The translations under genes and the position numbers were made by a program. From assembly GCF_054482525.1 (NCBI RefSeq), contig NZ_CM137006.1: a stretch of DNA of 64,000 bases. The stretch is one strand, 5' to 3'. The notes below the pieces were generated by a model. It saw only the letters and a program-made list of their open reading frames with translations, did not search any database and was not told where the DNA came from. Below are positions 48,373-61,971 of the stretch, piece by piece. The stretch's first letter is position 1. Every line of letters starts with the position of its first letter.

Positions 48373-49373
48373 ATCGCCTCCCGTTGTTGGCGATACTTCG
48401 CCAGCGCCGTGGCATAGCGGTTGAAATCAAGCTGATTTACTGCATCCAGTTCCGCCTTTAACGCAGGATCGATAGCGTTAACGCCATGCAACGCGCCACA
48501 AATTGCCGTCGCCATAGCACCGATGGTGTCTGTGTCGCCGCCAAGGTTAGCGCACAGGACGGCGCAACGGTTCGGGTCGGTTTGTGCCAGTTCAACCAGC
48601 GCAATGGCGCACGGAACGGACTCAATAGTGCTGGTACCTGCGCCAACGACCTGGTAAAGCTGTTCGCTGGCGGATTCGGTGCCGTCGGCATTGCGCACAA
48701 TTTTCAGCGCAATCTCCAGACGTGCTGCCAGTGAGGCGCTGAAGGTAGTGATGCGTTTTTGTTGAGCATGTCGCGCAATTGAAGGCAGTGAATCAACAAT
48801 TGCTGACCAGCTTTCTCCGTCAATGGCACGAGAAATCGCCCATGCGATGACTACCGCCCCCGCAACCGCCAGATCGGATTTATGTGTCGGGCTGGAGGCC
48901 AGCGCCACATCATCAATAAAGGAATCAACATCACGCGCCGGAAGCAAACAACCTAATGGCGAGACGCGCATCGCTGCGCCGTTGGTCACGCCGTTATTTT
49001 CCAGTTCAGCAACGGGTTTACCGTCGCGAATGGCGTTAAGCGCAATCTTCGAGGTCGGACCTAGTACGTTTTTGTTAAAGGCGTCGAAACGCAGCGCCCA
49101 GTCGAGAATATTACGCCCAATCAGATCCGGATCGATCTTGCCTTCACGTTCCAGTAACGCATCCGCCAGACACAGCGCCATCGAGGTATCGTCGGTGAAT
49201 TCGGCGCGGTTAAAATAACAGGCTGCGTTATTCTCCTTTGGCCCAGGCAGAAAACGGTCAATCCAGCCAAAGTGCGCTTTGACGCGACTGCGCGGCCAAA
49301 GCTCGGAGGGCATCCCCATCGCATCCCCTAACGCCTGCCCATAAAGAGCACCGAGAATACGTTCTGTTTTCAT
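48369..49373 (-). CDS. yegU: ADP-ribosylglycohydrolase family protein
   Basis: 334 aa. Overlaps yegV by 4 nt. Confidence 0.75.
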   Translation of the reverse strand: MKTERILGALYGQALGDAMGMPSELWPRSRVKAHFGWIDRFLPGPKENNAACYFNRAEFTDDTSMALCLADALLEREGKIDPDLIGRNILDWALRFDAFNKNVLGPTSKIALNAIRDGKPVAELENNGVTNGAAMRVSPLGCLLPARDVDSFIDDVALASSPTHKSDLAVAGAVVIAWAISRAIDGESWSAIVDSLPSIARHAQQKRITTFSASLAARLEIALKIVRNADGTESASEQLYQVVGAGTSTIESVPCAIALVELAQTDPNRCAVLCANLGGDTDTIGAMATAICGALHGVNAIDPALKAELDAVNQLDFNRYATALAKYRQQREAI

Positions 49374-50647
49374 TTAACTTCCCCTTGTGTCAACGCAATA
49401 TCGCGATCATCGACCTTGATAGCCGTAATTTCGTTGTCGGATTCGCGGAAAAAAATCATGAACAGCACGGCGATAATGGCAATCATCACCGCGCCAAAAG
49501 TCCACATCCCGGACCAGTTGAAAGTCAGTCCGTTTACCGGTTCCTGATAAGCGAACATCTTTTCCATCATCACACCGCCAAGACGATAGCCGAGCAAACT
49601 GCCGAAGCCCTGGCAGCAGAGCGTGATCAGCCCCTGCGCGGCGGTACGCATATGCACGGGGGCTTTTTTATCGACATAGATGTAAGCGGTAACGTAGTAA
49701 AAATCGTAACTTACGCCGTGAAGCAAAATGCCGAGGAACAGTAACGCGTAGGTGAAATATTCATCCGCACTACCGTAAATAAAGAAGCCATAGCGGATCG
49801 CAGCGGTGACCAGACCAAGTAATAATACCTTTTTGATACCAAAGCGTTTGGTAAAAAACGGCAATGCCAGCATAAAGAAGATTTCAGAGAACTGGCCGAG
49901 CGTCATCCAGCCAGTGGCGTTTTTCATGCCAACTTCGGTCAGATAACCGTTGGCAAAGATGTAATAGAACGCCAGTGGCATTGCAAACAGAAATGAACAG
50001 AAGAAAAAGACGAGGAAGTTTTTATCGCGCAGCAGGATCAGCGCATCCAGGCCGAGCATGACTTTAATGTCCATTTTGCCGGTGCTTTTTGGCGGCGTGT
50101 CGGGCAGGAAAAACGCAAACACACCGAGCAGAGCAGAACTTCCGGCGGTAATCAGCAGCGGGATGTTAGTCGGAGAGATATCGGCATAACCCAGCATTTG
50201 CGGCAAAAATCCACATGCCAGACCAGAGGCAATCCAGCCGATAGTGCCCATCACACGAATGCGTGGGAAATCACGCTCCACATCCGGCACGTTGGCAAAA
50301 GCGATACTGTTAGTCAGCGCAATGGTCGGCATATAGGTTAGCGAGTAGGCCAGCAGTAACGGGAAGAACCCGGCAAAAGTGGTCTGTTGCGCAGCGAAAT
50401 ACATCAGTACCGCGCCAGCGAACATCAATACCGCCAGCACTTTCTGCGCCGAGAAAAAGCGGTCAGTGATGGAGCCAACCAGAATTGGCGACAGGATCGC
50501 CGCAATGGCGGTACAGGCATACGACCAGCCAATTTCTCCGGCACTAAAACCACTTTTACTTAACCACAGCCACAATGGCACAAACCACGCGCCCCAGATA
50601 AACCATTCAACAAACATCATGAACGACAGCTTTGCTGTTGTTTTCAT
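49370..50647 (-). CDS. yegT: MFS nucleoside permease (NupG/XapB family)
   Basis: 425 aa with 12 TM segments. It is the first gene of the yegTUV operon. Confidence 0.8.
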   Translation of the reverse strand: MKTTAKLSFMMFVEWFIWGAWFVPLWLWLSKSGFSAGEIGWSYACTAIAAILSPILVGSITDRFFSAQKVLAVLMFAGAVLMYFAAQQTTFAGFFPLLLAYSLTYMPTIALTNSIAFANVPDVERDFPRIRVMGTIGWIASGLACGFLPQMLGYADISPTNIPLLITAGSSALLGVFAFFLPDTPPKSTGKMDIKVMLGLDALILLRDKNFLVFFFCSFLFAMPLAFYYIFANGYLTEVGMKNATGWMTLGQFSEIFFMLALPFFTKRFGIKKVLLLGLVTAAIRYGFFIYGSADEYFTYALLFLGILLHGVSYDFYYVTAYIYVDKKAPVHMRTAAQGLITLCCQGFGSLLGYRLGGVMMEKMFAYQEPVNGLTFNWSGMWTFGAVMIAIIAVLFMIFFRESDNEITAIKVDDRDIALTQGEVK

Positions 50648-50903
50648 CTTTTAATTCCTTCATGACAGGTAATGTAAGGTACGCGATGACAATACCATTT
50701 AATAATACCTTTTAAATACCTTTGCGGTGAAAACTTGACCGCGCTAACATTTTTTCTGATGAATCGAGCCAACAGAAAACGCTGAAAAAACATCCAAAAG
50801 ATGGAAAAACTCGCCTGTAACGACCAGGATTATGATTGCCCGCAAAAGGTGGGCCAGGACAATCCATAGCCGATATCCAATCGGAATTTACGGGAGCATA
50901 GTA

Positions 50904-51956
50904 ATGACAGATATTGCGCAGTTGCTTGGCAAAGACGCCGACAACCTTTTACAGCACCGTTGTATGACTATTCCTTCTGACCAGCTTTATCTCCCCGGAC
51001 ATGACTACGTAGACCGCGTGATGATTGACAATAATCGCCCGCCAGCGGTGTTACGTAATATGCAGACGTTGTACAACACCGGGCGTCTGGCTGGCACAGG
51101 ATATCTTTCTATTCTGCCGGTTGACCAGGGCGTTGAGCACTCTGCCGGAGCTTCATTTGCCGCTAACCCGCTCTACTTTGACCCGAAAAACATTGTTGAA
51201 CTGGCGATCGAAGCGGGCTGTAACTGTGTGGCGTCAACTTACGGCGTGCTGGCATCGGTATCGCGGCGTTACGCGCATCGCATTCCATTCCTCGTCAAAC
51301 TTAATCACAACGAGACGCTAAGTTACCCGAATACCTACGATCAAACGCTGTATGCCAGCGTGGAGCAGGCGTTCAACATGGGCGCGGTGGCGGTTGGTGC
51401 GACTATCTATTTTGGCTCGGAAGAGTCACGTCGCCAGATTGAAGAAATTTCTGCGGCTTTTGAACGTGCGCACGAGCTGGGCATGGTGACAGTGCTGTGG
51501 GCCTATTTGCGTAACTCCGCCTTTAAGAAAGATGGCGTTGATTACCATGTTTCCGCCGACCTGACTGGTCAGGCGAACCATCTGGCGGCAACCATAGGTG
51601 CAGATATCGTCAAACAAAAAATGGCGGAAAATAACGGCGGCTATAAAGCGATTAATTACGGTTATACCGACGATCGCGTGTACAGCAAGTTGACCAGCGA
51701 AAACCCGATTGATCTGGTGCGTTATCAGTTAGCTAACTGCTATATGGGCCGCGCAGGGTTGATAAACTCCGGCGGTGCTGCAGGCGGTGAAACTGACCTC
51801 AGCGATGCAGTGCGTACTGCGGTTATCAACAAACGCGCTGGCGGAATGGGGCTGATTCTTGGACGTAAGGCGTTCAAGAAATCGATGGCTGACGGCGTGA
51901 AACTGATTAACGCCGTGCAGGACGTTTATCTCGATAGCAAAATTACTATCGCCTGA
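50904..51956 (+). CDS. fbaB: class I fructose-bisphosphate aldolase
   Basis: 350 aa from [16 protein letters not shown]. Confidence 0.85.
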
Positions 51957-52041
51957 TACGCCTTATACGAACAGCACTACCCCGTATGACGGAAAAGGCG
52001 TTTACGTCGCATCCGGCATAAAAACACGCGCACTTTGCTAC

Positions 52042-52069
52042 GGCTTCCCTATCGGGAGGCCGTTTTTTT
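52042..52069 (+). terminator. rho-independent terminator after fbaB
   Basis: Stem ggcttccc-tatc-gggaggcc (one G·U pair) followed by gttttttt. Confidence 0.5.
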
Positions 52070-52129
52070 GCCTGTCATTCTGATTAATTTTCGAATTGTC
52101 GTTTTTGTGATCGTTATCTCGACATTTAA

Positions 52130-53065
<936 letters not shown>

Positions 53066-53066
53066 T

Positions 53067-54329
<1,263 letters not shown>

Positions 54330-54338
54330 GGACGGTAT

Positions 54339-54791
54339 ATGACTAACCTGTTTGTTCGTAGCGGAATTTCTTTTGTCGATCGTAGCGAAGTTTTAACCCA
54401 TATCGGTAATGAGATGCTCGCGAAAGGTGTGGTTCATGATACCTGGCCACAGGCATTAATTGCCAGAGAAGCAGAATTCCCTACCGGGATAATGCTTGAG
54501 CAGCACGCCATTGCAATACCGCATTGTGAGGCGATTCATGCTAAGTCGTCAGCCATTTATCTGTTAAGGCCAACAAATAAAGTTCATTTTCAGCAAGCGG
54601 ATGATGATAACGACGTGGCGGTATCGTTGGTTATTGCGTTAATTGTGGAAAATCCGCAGCAGCAATTGAAACTTTTACGCTGTTTATTTGGCAAGTTACA
54701 ACAGCCCGATATCGTCGAGACACTAATCACTCTTCCTGAAACCCAGTTAAAGGAATACTTCACAAAGTATGTTTTAGATTCAGACGAATAA
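54339..54791 (+). CDS. gatA: galactitol PTS enzyme IIA
   Basis: 150 aa. Confidence 0.85.
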   Translation: MTNLFVRSGISFVDRSEVLTHIGNEMLAKGVVHDTWPQALIAREAEFPTGIMLEQHAIAIPHCEAIHAKSSAIYLLRPTNKVHFQQADDDNDVAVSLVIALIVENPQQQLKLLRCLFGKLQQPDIVETLITLPETQLKEYFTKYVLDSDE

Positions 54792-54821
54792 ATCCCTCTG
54801 TAACAATAAAAAGGACTATTT

Positions 54822-55106
54822 ATGAAACGCAAGATTATTGTCGCTTGCGGAGGCGCGGTTGCGACCTCCACGATGGCGGCGGAAGAAATTAAAGAGTTGT
54901 GTCAGAGTCATAATATTCCTGTTGAATTAATCCAGTGTCGGGTTAATGAAATAGAGACCTATATGGATGGCGTGCATTTGATATGTACTACCGCCAAAGT
55001 TGACCGTAGTTTTGGCGATATTCCGTTAGTTCACGGCATGCCTTTTGTTTCTGGTGTCGGTATCGAAGCATTACAAAATAAAATTCTGACTATCTTACAG
55101 GGGTGA
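54822..55106 (+). CDS. gatB: galactitol PTS enzyme IIB
   Basis: 94 aa. Active-site Cys near the N-terminus ([10 protein letters not shown]). Confidence 0.85.
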   Translation: MKRKIIVACGGAVATSTMAAEEIKELCQSHNIPVELIQCRVNEIETYMDGVHLICTTAKVDRSFGDIPLVHGMPFVSGVGIEALQNKILTILQG

Positions 55107-55109
55107 CCT

Positions 55110-56465
55110 ATGTTTTCAGAAGTCATGCGTTATATTCTCGACCTCGGCCCTACGGTGATGCTGCCGATTGTCATCATTATTTTTTCTAAAATATTAGGCA
55201 TGAAGGCAGGCGATTGCTTTAAAGCGGGTCTGCATATCGGGATTGGCTTTGTTGGCATTGGCCTTGTGATTGGCTTAATGCTGGATTCCATTGGTCCGGC
55301 GGCGAAAGCGATGGCGGAAAATTTCGACCTGAATCTGCATGTGGTCGATGTCGGTTGGCCGGGCTCTTCACCAATGACCTGGGCGTCGCAAATTGCGCTG
55401 GTGGCGATTCCGATTGCGATTCTGGTTAACGTGGCGATGCTACTGACCCGTATGACGCGGGTGGTAAATGTTGATATCTGGAATATCTGGCATATGACCT
55501 TCACCGGCGCATTGCTGCATCTGGCAACCGGTTCATGGATGATAGGGATGGCGGGTGTGGTAATTCACGCGGCGTTTGTTTATAAGCTCGGCGACTGGTT
55601 TGCCCGCGATACCCGAAATTTCTTTGAGCTGGAAGGCATTGCTATCCCGCACGGTACGTCGGCGTATCTGGGGCCGATTGCGGTGCTGGTGGATGCTATC
55701 ATCGAAAAAATCCCAGGCGTTAACCGTATTAAATTTAGCGCCGACGATATTCAGCGCAAATTTGGCCCATTTGGCGAACCTGTCACCGTGGGCTTTGTGA
55801 TGGGGCTGATTATCGGCATCCTCGCGGGTTACGATGTCAAAGGTGTATTGCAGCTGGCGGTAAAAACGGCGGCAGTTATGCTGCTGATGCCACGGGTGAT
55901 TAAACCCATCATGGATGGTTTAACGCCTATCGCTAAGCAGGCCCGTAGTCGTTTACAGGCGAAGTTCGGCGGTCAGGAGTTCCTGATTGGCCTTGATCCG
56001 GCGTTGCTGCTGGGGCATACGGCGGTGGTATCGGCAAGCCTGATTTTTATCCCGCTCACCATTTTTATTGCTGTTTGTGTGCCGGGTAATCAGGTGCTGC
56101 CGTTTGGCGATCTTGCCACCATCGGCTTCTTTGTGGCGATGGCAGTTGCCGTGCATCGAGGAAATCTGTTCCGCACCTTAATCTCGGGTGTCATCATTAT
56201 GAGCATCACCCTGTGGATCGCGACGCAAACTATTGGTTTGCACACCCAACTGGCGGCTAATGCTGGGGCGTTAAAAGCCGGAGGTATGGTGGCTTCAATG
56301 GATCAGGGCGGTTCTCCCATTACCTGGTTACTGATTCAGCTTTTCTCCCCGCAAAATATTCCCGGTTTCATTATTATCGGCGCAATTTATCTTACCGGTA
56401 TTTTCATGACCTGGCGTAGAGCGCGTGGTTTTATTAAACAAGAGAAAGCCGTTCTCGCAGAATAA
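55110..56465 (+). CDS. gatC: galactitol PTS enzyme IIC
   Basis: 451 aa polytopic membrane protein. Confidence 0.85.
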   Translation: MFSEVMRYILDLGPTVMLPIVIIIFSKILGMKAGDCFKAGLHIGIGFVGIGLVIGLMLDSIGPAAKAMAENFDLNLHVVDVGWPGSSPMTWASQIALVAIPIAILVNVAMLLTRMTRVVNVDIWNIWHMTFTGALLHLATGSWMIGMAGVVIHAAFVYKLGDWFARDTRNFFELEGIAIPHGTSAYLGPIAVLVDAIIEKIPGVNRIKFSADDIQRKFGPFGEPVTVGFVMGLIIGILAGYDVKGVLQLAVKTAAVMLLMPRVIKPIMDGLTPIAKQARSRLQAKFGGQEFLIGLDPALLLGHTAVVSASLIFIPLTIFIAVCVPGNQVLPFGDLATIGFFVAMAVAVHRGNLFRTLISGVIIMSITLWIATQTIGLHTQLAANAGALKAGGMVASMDQGGSPITWLLIQLFSPQNIPGFIIIGAIYLTGIFMTWRRARGFIKQEKAVLAE

Positions 56466-56512
56466 TTTTTACCTGAGGGGGAGTTTATCCCCCTTAACAA
56501 TCAGGAGTTTTT

Positions 56513-57553
56513 ATGAAATCAGTGGTGAATGATACTGATGGTATCGTGCGCATTGCAGAAAGCGTCATTCCTGAAATTAAACATCAGGATGAGGTACGGG
56601 TAAAAATTGCCAGCTCGGGCTTATGTGGTTCCGATTTACCCAGGATATTTAAAAATGGTGCACATTATTATCCAATAACGTTAGGCCATGAATTTAGCGG
56701 CTATATTGATGCGGTGGGATCCGGTGTTGATGATTTACACCCTGGCGATGCGGTTGCCTGTGTGCCGTTATTACCCTGTTTTACTTGTCCAGAGTGTTTG
56801 AAAGGGTTTTATTCCCAGTGCGCAAAATATGATTTTATTGGCTCGCGGCGTGATGGTGGATTTGCTGAATATATTGTCGTTAAGCGAAAAAATGTCTTTG
56901 CTCTACCCACGGATATGTCTATTGAGGATGGGGCTTTTATTGAGCCGATTACCGTTGGCCTGCATGCTTTTCATTTAGCGCAAGGTTGTGAGAATAAAAA
57001 CGTTATTATTATTGGTGCCGGAACCATTGGCCTGCTGGCTATTCAGTGCGCTGTCGCGCTGGGAGCAAAGAGTGTGACGGCTATCGACATTAGCTCAGAA
57101 AAACTGGCACTGGCAAAATCTTTCGGTGCGATGCAAACATTTAACAGCCTTGAAATGAGCGCGCCGCAAATGCAGGGCGTTTTACGCGAGCTGCGCTTTA
57201 ATCAGCTTATCCTCGAGACGGCTGGCGTCCCGCAAACCGTCGAACTGGCGGTAGAGATTGCCGGGCCTCATGCCCAGCTGGCGCTGGTGGGCACGTTGCA
57301 TCAGGATTTGCATTTAACATCGGCAACGTTTGGCAAAATATTACGTAAAGAGCTGACGGTTATCGGCAGTTGGATGAACTACTCCAGCCCTTGGCCGGGG
57401 CAGGAGTGGGAAACGGCGAGCCGGTTGCTGACAGAACGTAAGTTAAGCCTGGAGCCATTAATCGCTCACCGTGGAAGCTTTGAAAGCTTCGCCCAGGCGG
57501 TGCGTGACATCGCTCGTAATGCTATGCCGGGCAAAGTGTTGCTCATTCCCTGA
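56513..57553 (+). CDS. gatD: galactitol-1-phosphate 5-dehydrogenase (Zn-dependent MDR)
   Basis: 346 aa. Motif GHEFSG. NAD-binding GAGTIG. Confidence 0.85.
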   Translation: MKSVVNDTDGIVRIAESVIPEIKHQDEVRVKIASSGLCGSDLPRIFKNGAHYYPITLGHEFSGYIDAVGSGVDDLHPGDAVACVPLLPCFTCPECLKGFYSQCAKYDFIGSRRDGGFAEYIVVKRKNVFALPTDMSIEDGAFIEPITVGLHAFHLAQGCENKNVIIIGAGTIGLLAIQCAVALGAKSVTAIDISSEKLALAKSFGAMQTFNSLEMSAPQMQGVLRELRFNQLILETAGVPQTVELAVEIAGPHAQLALVGTLHQDLHLTSATFGKILRKELTVIGSWMNYSSPWPGQEWETASRLLTERKLSLEPLIAHRGSFESFAQAVRDIARNAMPGKVLLIP

Positions 57554-57658
57554 AACTGCGGGCCAGCGTGATGCTGGCCCGGTATTGTGCAAAACAGATC
57601 ATTCACCAATGGTCCCCCTTCGTTTACACTAGCCACAATTGAATATGGGTAAATGACG

Positions 57659-58432
57659 ATGAATTCATTCGAGCGAAGGAATAAGATCATCCAATTAGTG
57701 AATGAACAGGGAACCGTGCTTGTTCAGGATCTGGCGGGAGTATTTGCTGCCTCGGAAGCGACAATCCGTGCCGATTTGCGCTTTCTCGAACAAAAAGGCG
57801 TAGTTACGCGCTTTCATGGCGGTGCGGCGAAAATAATGTCCGGTAATAGTGAAACCGAGACCCAGGAAGTTGGGTTTAAAGAGCGATTTCAGCTCGCCAG
57901 TGCGCCAAAAAACAGAATAGCGCAGGCGGCAGTCAAAATGATCCACGAAGGGATGACCGTTATTCTCGACAGCGGAAGTACCACAATGCTTATCGCCGAA
58001 GGTTTAATGACCGCCAAAAATATCACGGTGATTACCAACAGTCTCCCGGCGGCGTTTGCCCTTTCCGAAAATAAAGACATTACTCTGGTCGTCTGTGGTG
58101 GCACCGTCCGCCATAAAACGCGCTCGATGCATGGTTCCATTGCCGAGCGTTCATTGCAGGATATTAATGCCGATTTAATGTTTGTCGGTGCTGATGGTAT
58201 TGATGCGGTTAATGGTATTACGACCTTTAATGAAGGTTATTCGATTAGCGGGGCGATGGTCACAGCCGCAAATAAAGTGATTGCCGTTCTCGATTCATCG
58301 AAATTTAATCGTCGCGGTTTTAATCAGGTACTGCCAATCGAAAAAATCGACATTATTATTACCGACGATGCTGTGTCAGAGGTGGATAAACTGGCATTGC
58401 AGAAGACACGGGTGAAATTAATTACGGTGTAG
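57659..58432 (+). CDS. gatR: DeoR-family repressor of the gat operon, apparently intact
   Basis: 257 aa from MNSFERRNKIIQLVNEQGTV. The ORF is uninterrupted. Confidence 0.8.
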   Translation: MNSFERRNKIIQLVNEQGTVLVQDLAGVFAASEATIRADLRFLEQKGVVTRFHGGAAKIMSGNSETETQEVGFKERFQLASAPKNRIAQAAVKMIHEGMTVILDSGSTTMLIAEGLMTAKNITVITNSLPAAFALSENKDITLVVCGGTVRHKTRSMHGSIAERSLQDINADLMFVGADGIDAVNGITTFNEGYSISGAMVTAANKVIAVLDSSKFNRRGFNQVLPIEKIDIIITDDAVSEVDKLALQKTRVKLITV

Positions 58433-58444
58433 TATTGCTCTGTA

Positions 58445-58474
58445 TGCCGGATAAAGTTTTTACACCGCATCCGG
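58445..58474. repeat. REP (repetitive extragenic palindrome) element
   Basis: tgccggataaag...gcatccggca imperfect palindrome of the canonical REP type. Confidence 0.5.
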
Positions 58475-58513
58475 CATTACGGATTCTCCCTGGTTCAAGA
58501 GAGAATAGTGTGA

Positions 58514-59413
58514 TTAACGCAACAATGGGCAATCTGGTGGTAATCGACAACGCAACGCCGCCGGAAGTATTTCAATATGAAAGTTTTGCCCACTCAACGG
58601 TTCGCCATCAAGATTAAAAGTGATTTCGTGTGGGGCTTGTATATCAAACCACGACGAAGCACCTTCGATAATATTCGGGTTATCTTCGTCAGATTTTAAG
58701 GTTGATACGAGAGCTGGAAGAATTTCATCGCCGGTAAAAATGCGCAGTTGCAGCAGGCCATCGTTAATTAACGCGTTCGGGCACAATTGCTGACCGCCAC
58801 CGGCCTGACGCCCGTTACCAATACCAATGACCAGGGCGTCACCTTGCCAGTGAAAGTTTTCACCGCGGATCTCACAACGGTCCGGTTGCAGAGTATCCAT
58901 GCGCATTAAGCCATGAATGATGTAAGAGACGCCACCCAGCGCGGCTTTTAATTTTTCCGGCGTTTCTGTGGTAATACGCGTCCCAAATCCGCCTGTCGCC
59001 ATATTAATAAAACAGGTTTGTTTATTGACCTGCGCCATATCTATCGCAATGGCGTTACCGGCAATTGCCAGTTTCAGCGCCTTATCCAGTGCCTCAGGAA
59101 TCCCTACACTGGTGGCAAAATCATTGGCGGTTCCTAATGGTAAAATTCCCAGCGCGGGTATGTCATCCCCCTCACACTGAATCAACGCCGTAGAAACTTC
59201 ATTAATGGTGCCATCGCCACCACCGGCAATCACCGTTGCGACGCCCAACTTCCGTGCCTCCTCTACATATCGTGCGGCATCGCCTTTCTCCCAGGTGACC
59301 CGCACATGGATCGTCATTCCTTCCTCACGCAACAGCATAATTGCTTCGCGCAAGGGTAGATTGTCAGTACTTTTGCCATTAAGAATCAGTAAGCTGGCGG
59401 GAAATTCTGCCAT
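58514..59413 (-). CDS. yegS: lipid kinase (DAGK_cat family)
   Basis: 299 aa. GGDGT motif ([11 protein letters not shown]). Confidence 0.8.
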   Translation of the reverse strand: MAEFPASLLILNGKSTDNLPLREAIMLLREEGMTIHVRVTWEKGDAARYVEEARKLGVATVIAGGGDGTINEVSTALIQCEGDDIPALGILPLGTANDFATSVGIPEALDKALKLAIAGNAIAIDMAQVNKQTCFINMATGGFGTRITTETPEKLKAALGGVSYIIHGLMRMDTLQPDRCEIRGENFHWQGDALVIGIGNGRQAGGGQQLCPNALINDGLLQLRIFTGDEILPALVSTLKSDEDNPNIIEGASSWFDIQAPHEITFNLDGEPLSGQNFHIEILPAALRCRLPPDCPLLR

Positions 59414-59827
59414 GATCGTATGTGCCTTTATGATTGGTCTGTAGACAGTGTAGAGCAGAAAACAAAAGGTGGAGTCAGAACAGGATGAAAATCGGAGGAT
59501 AAAAAGTCAGTTCAAGTATGGAGGATTCAGTGGTTACCACCAGGAGCTTGCAATGGGAACATCGAATATTAACGGTAGCCACCAGTAAATTTCAAAAAAG
59601 AGCAAATACCTAATATTCAACTAAACAGTGGCATCTTCAATATCTTATTCTAAATATATTAAAGCCCTCATGGGGATACCTGGGCAGGGCTTCATGTTTG
59701 TAATTCCTACTTATGTAGGAAATGTTGTACAGAACATTTATTATAATCCTATTCAATTATAATAATCATGCCATTATTATATTTTAACACCAGAGCGTGT
59801 CGTTGGTATTTAATGGGGGAAGGTGAG

Positions 59828-60145
59828 ATGAAAAAGATAGCTGCTATATCATTAATTAGTGTTTTTCTTATGTCTGGGTGTGCTGTACATAATGATGAGA
59901 CAAGTATCGGTAAATTTGGTCTTGCATATAAAAGTAATATTCAGCGTAAACTCGATAACCAATACTACACCGAAGCCGAAGCTTCTTTAGCCAGGGGCAG
60001 AATTTCTGGTGCAGAAAATATAGTAAAAAATGATGCAGCTCATTTCTGTGTTACTCAGGGCAAAAAAATGCAGATAGTTGACCTGAAGACAGAAGGTGCA
60101 GGATTACATGGCGTCGCTCGTCTGACATTCAAATGTGGAGAGTGA
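59828..60145 (+). CDS. yegR: small lipoprotein
   Basis: 105 aa from MKKIAAISLISVFLMSGC (lipobox). RBS gaaggtgag. Confidence 0.6.
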   Translation: MKKIAAISLISVFLMSGCAVHNDETSIGKFGLAYKSNIQRKLDNQYYTEAEASLARGRISGAENIVKNDAAHFCVTQGKKMQIVDLKTEGAGLHGVARLTFKCGE

Positions 60146-60315
60146 GAATATTTTTTGGTAAGCGTCAAACATCCGCGTTCTGGTTGTGCTTAGCCGGAAC
60201 CTGTGCGAGCACGATGCCGTTACGTGAAAGGCATCGTGCTATGAAGGGAGATTCTATCGATGTGGTCAATGGAAGACGGTCACCTGGGATCAATCCGTCT
60301 CTATGGTTTATGCAC

Positions 60316-60342
60316 AAAAAATAAGCCCGTGTAAGGGAGATT
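60316..60342. other. P2-type attachment core (AAAAAATAAGCCCGTGTAAGGGAGATT)
   Basis: Matches the 27-bp P2 att core I recall. It lies between yegR and the P2-like int. Confidence 0.6.
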
Positions 60343-60421
60343 TAGGGTGTCACCAGTAGGGGCTTTCAACGGTACAATGCGGGTTTGAGCGGCATAAATT
60401 ACCACTGAAAGCCCTTAAACG

Positions 60422-61435
60422 TTACTCTACTGTGGACACTGTGTGGACACTCTCGGCCTCAGTACCACCTCTTAGCGGATTAAGAGAAATGGCGTCCTGA
60501 AGGTACTCTGGCGCAAAATGAGCGTAAACCATAGTTTGTTCAATCCGCGTGTGACCTAGTATCCGTTGTAGCGTGATAATACTTCCTCCATTAATCATGA
60601 AATGAGTGGCAAAGCTGTGCCTTAGTGCATGTGTGGCTTGCCCCATTGGCAAATCCGGTTTTATTGCTTTCATTGTTCGTCTGAAGCGAGGGTAATCAGC
60701 ATCAGGGAATAAAAAACCTCGTTTGTTATCCGCGATCATTTTGGCAACAGCCTCTGAGATCGGGACGGTGCGTGGTTTGTTTGTTTTCGTTTTAACAAAC
60801 GTGACGCGGTTATGGATGATATTTTCTGCTTTCAAACGAGCTGCTTCTCCCCAACGTGCGCCTGTACTCAGGCAAAGAATCGCAATCTTTTTGTTGTCGC
60901 CGTCAAGTGCTGCAAGCAGTAAGGCAATTTCTTCCTGTGTGAGATAGCCTGTTTCTGGTTTTTCCTCCTTAAGCCTCTTTGTCCCTCTGATAGGGTGCTC
61001 ACCAAAGAATAACTCCGCTTCAATCAGGGCTGTAAACATGCCGCTAATACATGTTAAATCACGATTGATACTCGAAGGTTTAATACCCTGACTTCTTCGG
61101 GTGGCGCAGTACTGGCTGATAAGGGATTTCGTGATTTGAAATGCGCATGGGTCATTCGTTATTTTTGTGAAGATTTCAATTTTTCCAAGATTAGATTTCC
61201 CATGCTCTTCGTGTTTACCCTTTAAATCCCACCAGATCTGTGTCAGTTCCGACAGACGTCGTTTGTCTGTTGGTTTTGATAGCCATTCTTTATTGTGGTG
61301 GTTGTACAACGTGTATTTTTCGAAAGCGACAGCTTCGCTTTTCTTATCAAACTTCCTACGGATGCGTTTTCCGTTACGTCCAGTAGGGCGGATGTCCACT
61401 TCATATCGACCATCATCGAGTTTTTTGATTGCCAT
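60422..61435 (-). CDS. int: P2-type tyrosine integrase
   Basis: 337 aa, MAIKKLDDGRYEVDIRPTGRNGKRIRRKFDKKSEAVAFEKY, recalled as P2 Int. Tandem arm-type sites tgtggacac x2 lie at 60431..60450. Confidence 0.9.
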   Translation of the reverse strand: MAIKKLDDGRYEVDIRPTGRNGKRIRRKFDKKSEAVAFEKYTLYNHHNKEWLSKPTDKRRLSELTQIWWDLKGKHEEHGKSNLGKIEIFTKITNDPCAFQITKSLISQYCATRRSQGIKPSSINRDLTCISGMFTALIEAELFFGEHPIRGTKRLKEEKPETGYLTQEEIALLLAALDGDNKKIAILCLSTGARWGEAARLKAENIIHNRVTFVKTKTNKPRTVPISEAVAKMIADNKRGFLFPDADYPRFRRTMKAIKPDLPMGQATHALRHSFATHFMINGGSIITLQRILGHTRIEQTMVYAHFAPEYLQDAISLNPLRGGTEAESVHTVSTVE

Positions 61436-61550
61436 CAGAAAACCCTCCGAGTGGTACTTTTTTTTGCTACTACTAATCGCTTTTTTCGTGGTGGCTGAAA
61501 TTTAGCCACCAATAGTAGGCACTTGTGATGAATATATTCACGATAAATTG

Positions 61551-61850
61551 TTAACCAGTCTTTTGACCGGAGTGGGGCGACGTTGTTTCGTTTTGCCCAA
61601 AGTGTGCGAGAGCGGGCGCAATTTGCCCGGCTTCTGGAGCTACCTGATCAGTCATGAACCACAAAGTATATTTAGTAAATCTGGGATGTTGTAAGACCTT
61701 CATTATGGCTTCAACTCCAGCGTTTTTTGACCGGCTCTCATAGCTCGAAAGTGAGCTGTAGGCTACACCAGTTAATTCACTGAATTCTTTACGGTTTAAC
61801 CTTTCAGATTCACGGATTAGCTTCAACTTCTCCGAAACGTCTATTGACAT
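61551..61850 (-). CDS. C: P2-type immunity repressor C
   Basis: 99 aa from MSIDVSEK. The C-terminal part (...FTKYTLWFMTDQVAPEAGQIAPALAHFGQNETTSPHSGQKTG) matches P2 C. Confidence 0.85.
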   Translation of the reverse strand: MSIDVSEKLKLIRESERLNRKEFSELTGVAYSSLSSYESRSKNAGVEAIMKVLQHPRFTKYTLWFMTDQVAPEAGQIAPALAHFGQNETTSPHSGQKTG

Positions 61851-61971
61851 AATTACTCCGATTGCGTAATTTCTTGCTGATAGTGTGAAATATTGTGCTT
61901 CTGGAGTTATCCTTTTAGGCAATAATTAGCCATTAGGAGCCATTAGAAGCACTAAGGGAGAATCGTAGCAG

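Noticed and set aside
60431-60450. Tandem tgtggacac repeat considered as a novel regulatory repeat
   Set aside because: It matches the known arm-type binding sites of P2 integrase, and it lies at the 3' end of the P2-like int gene.
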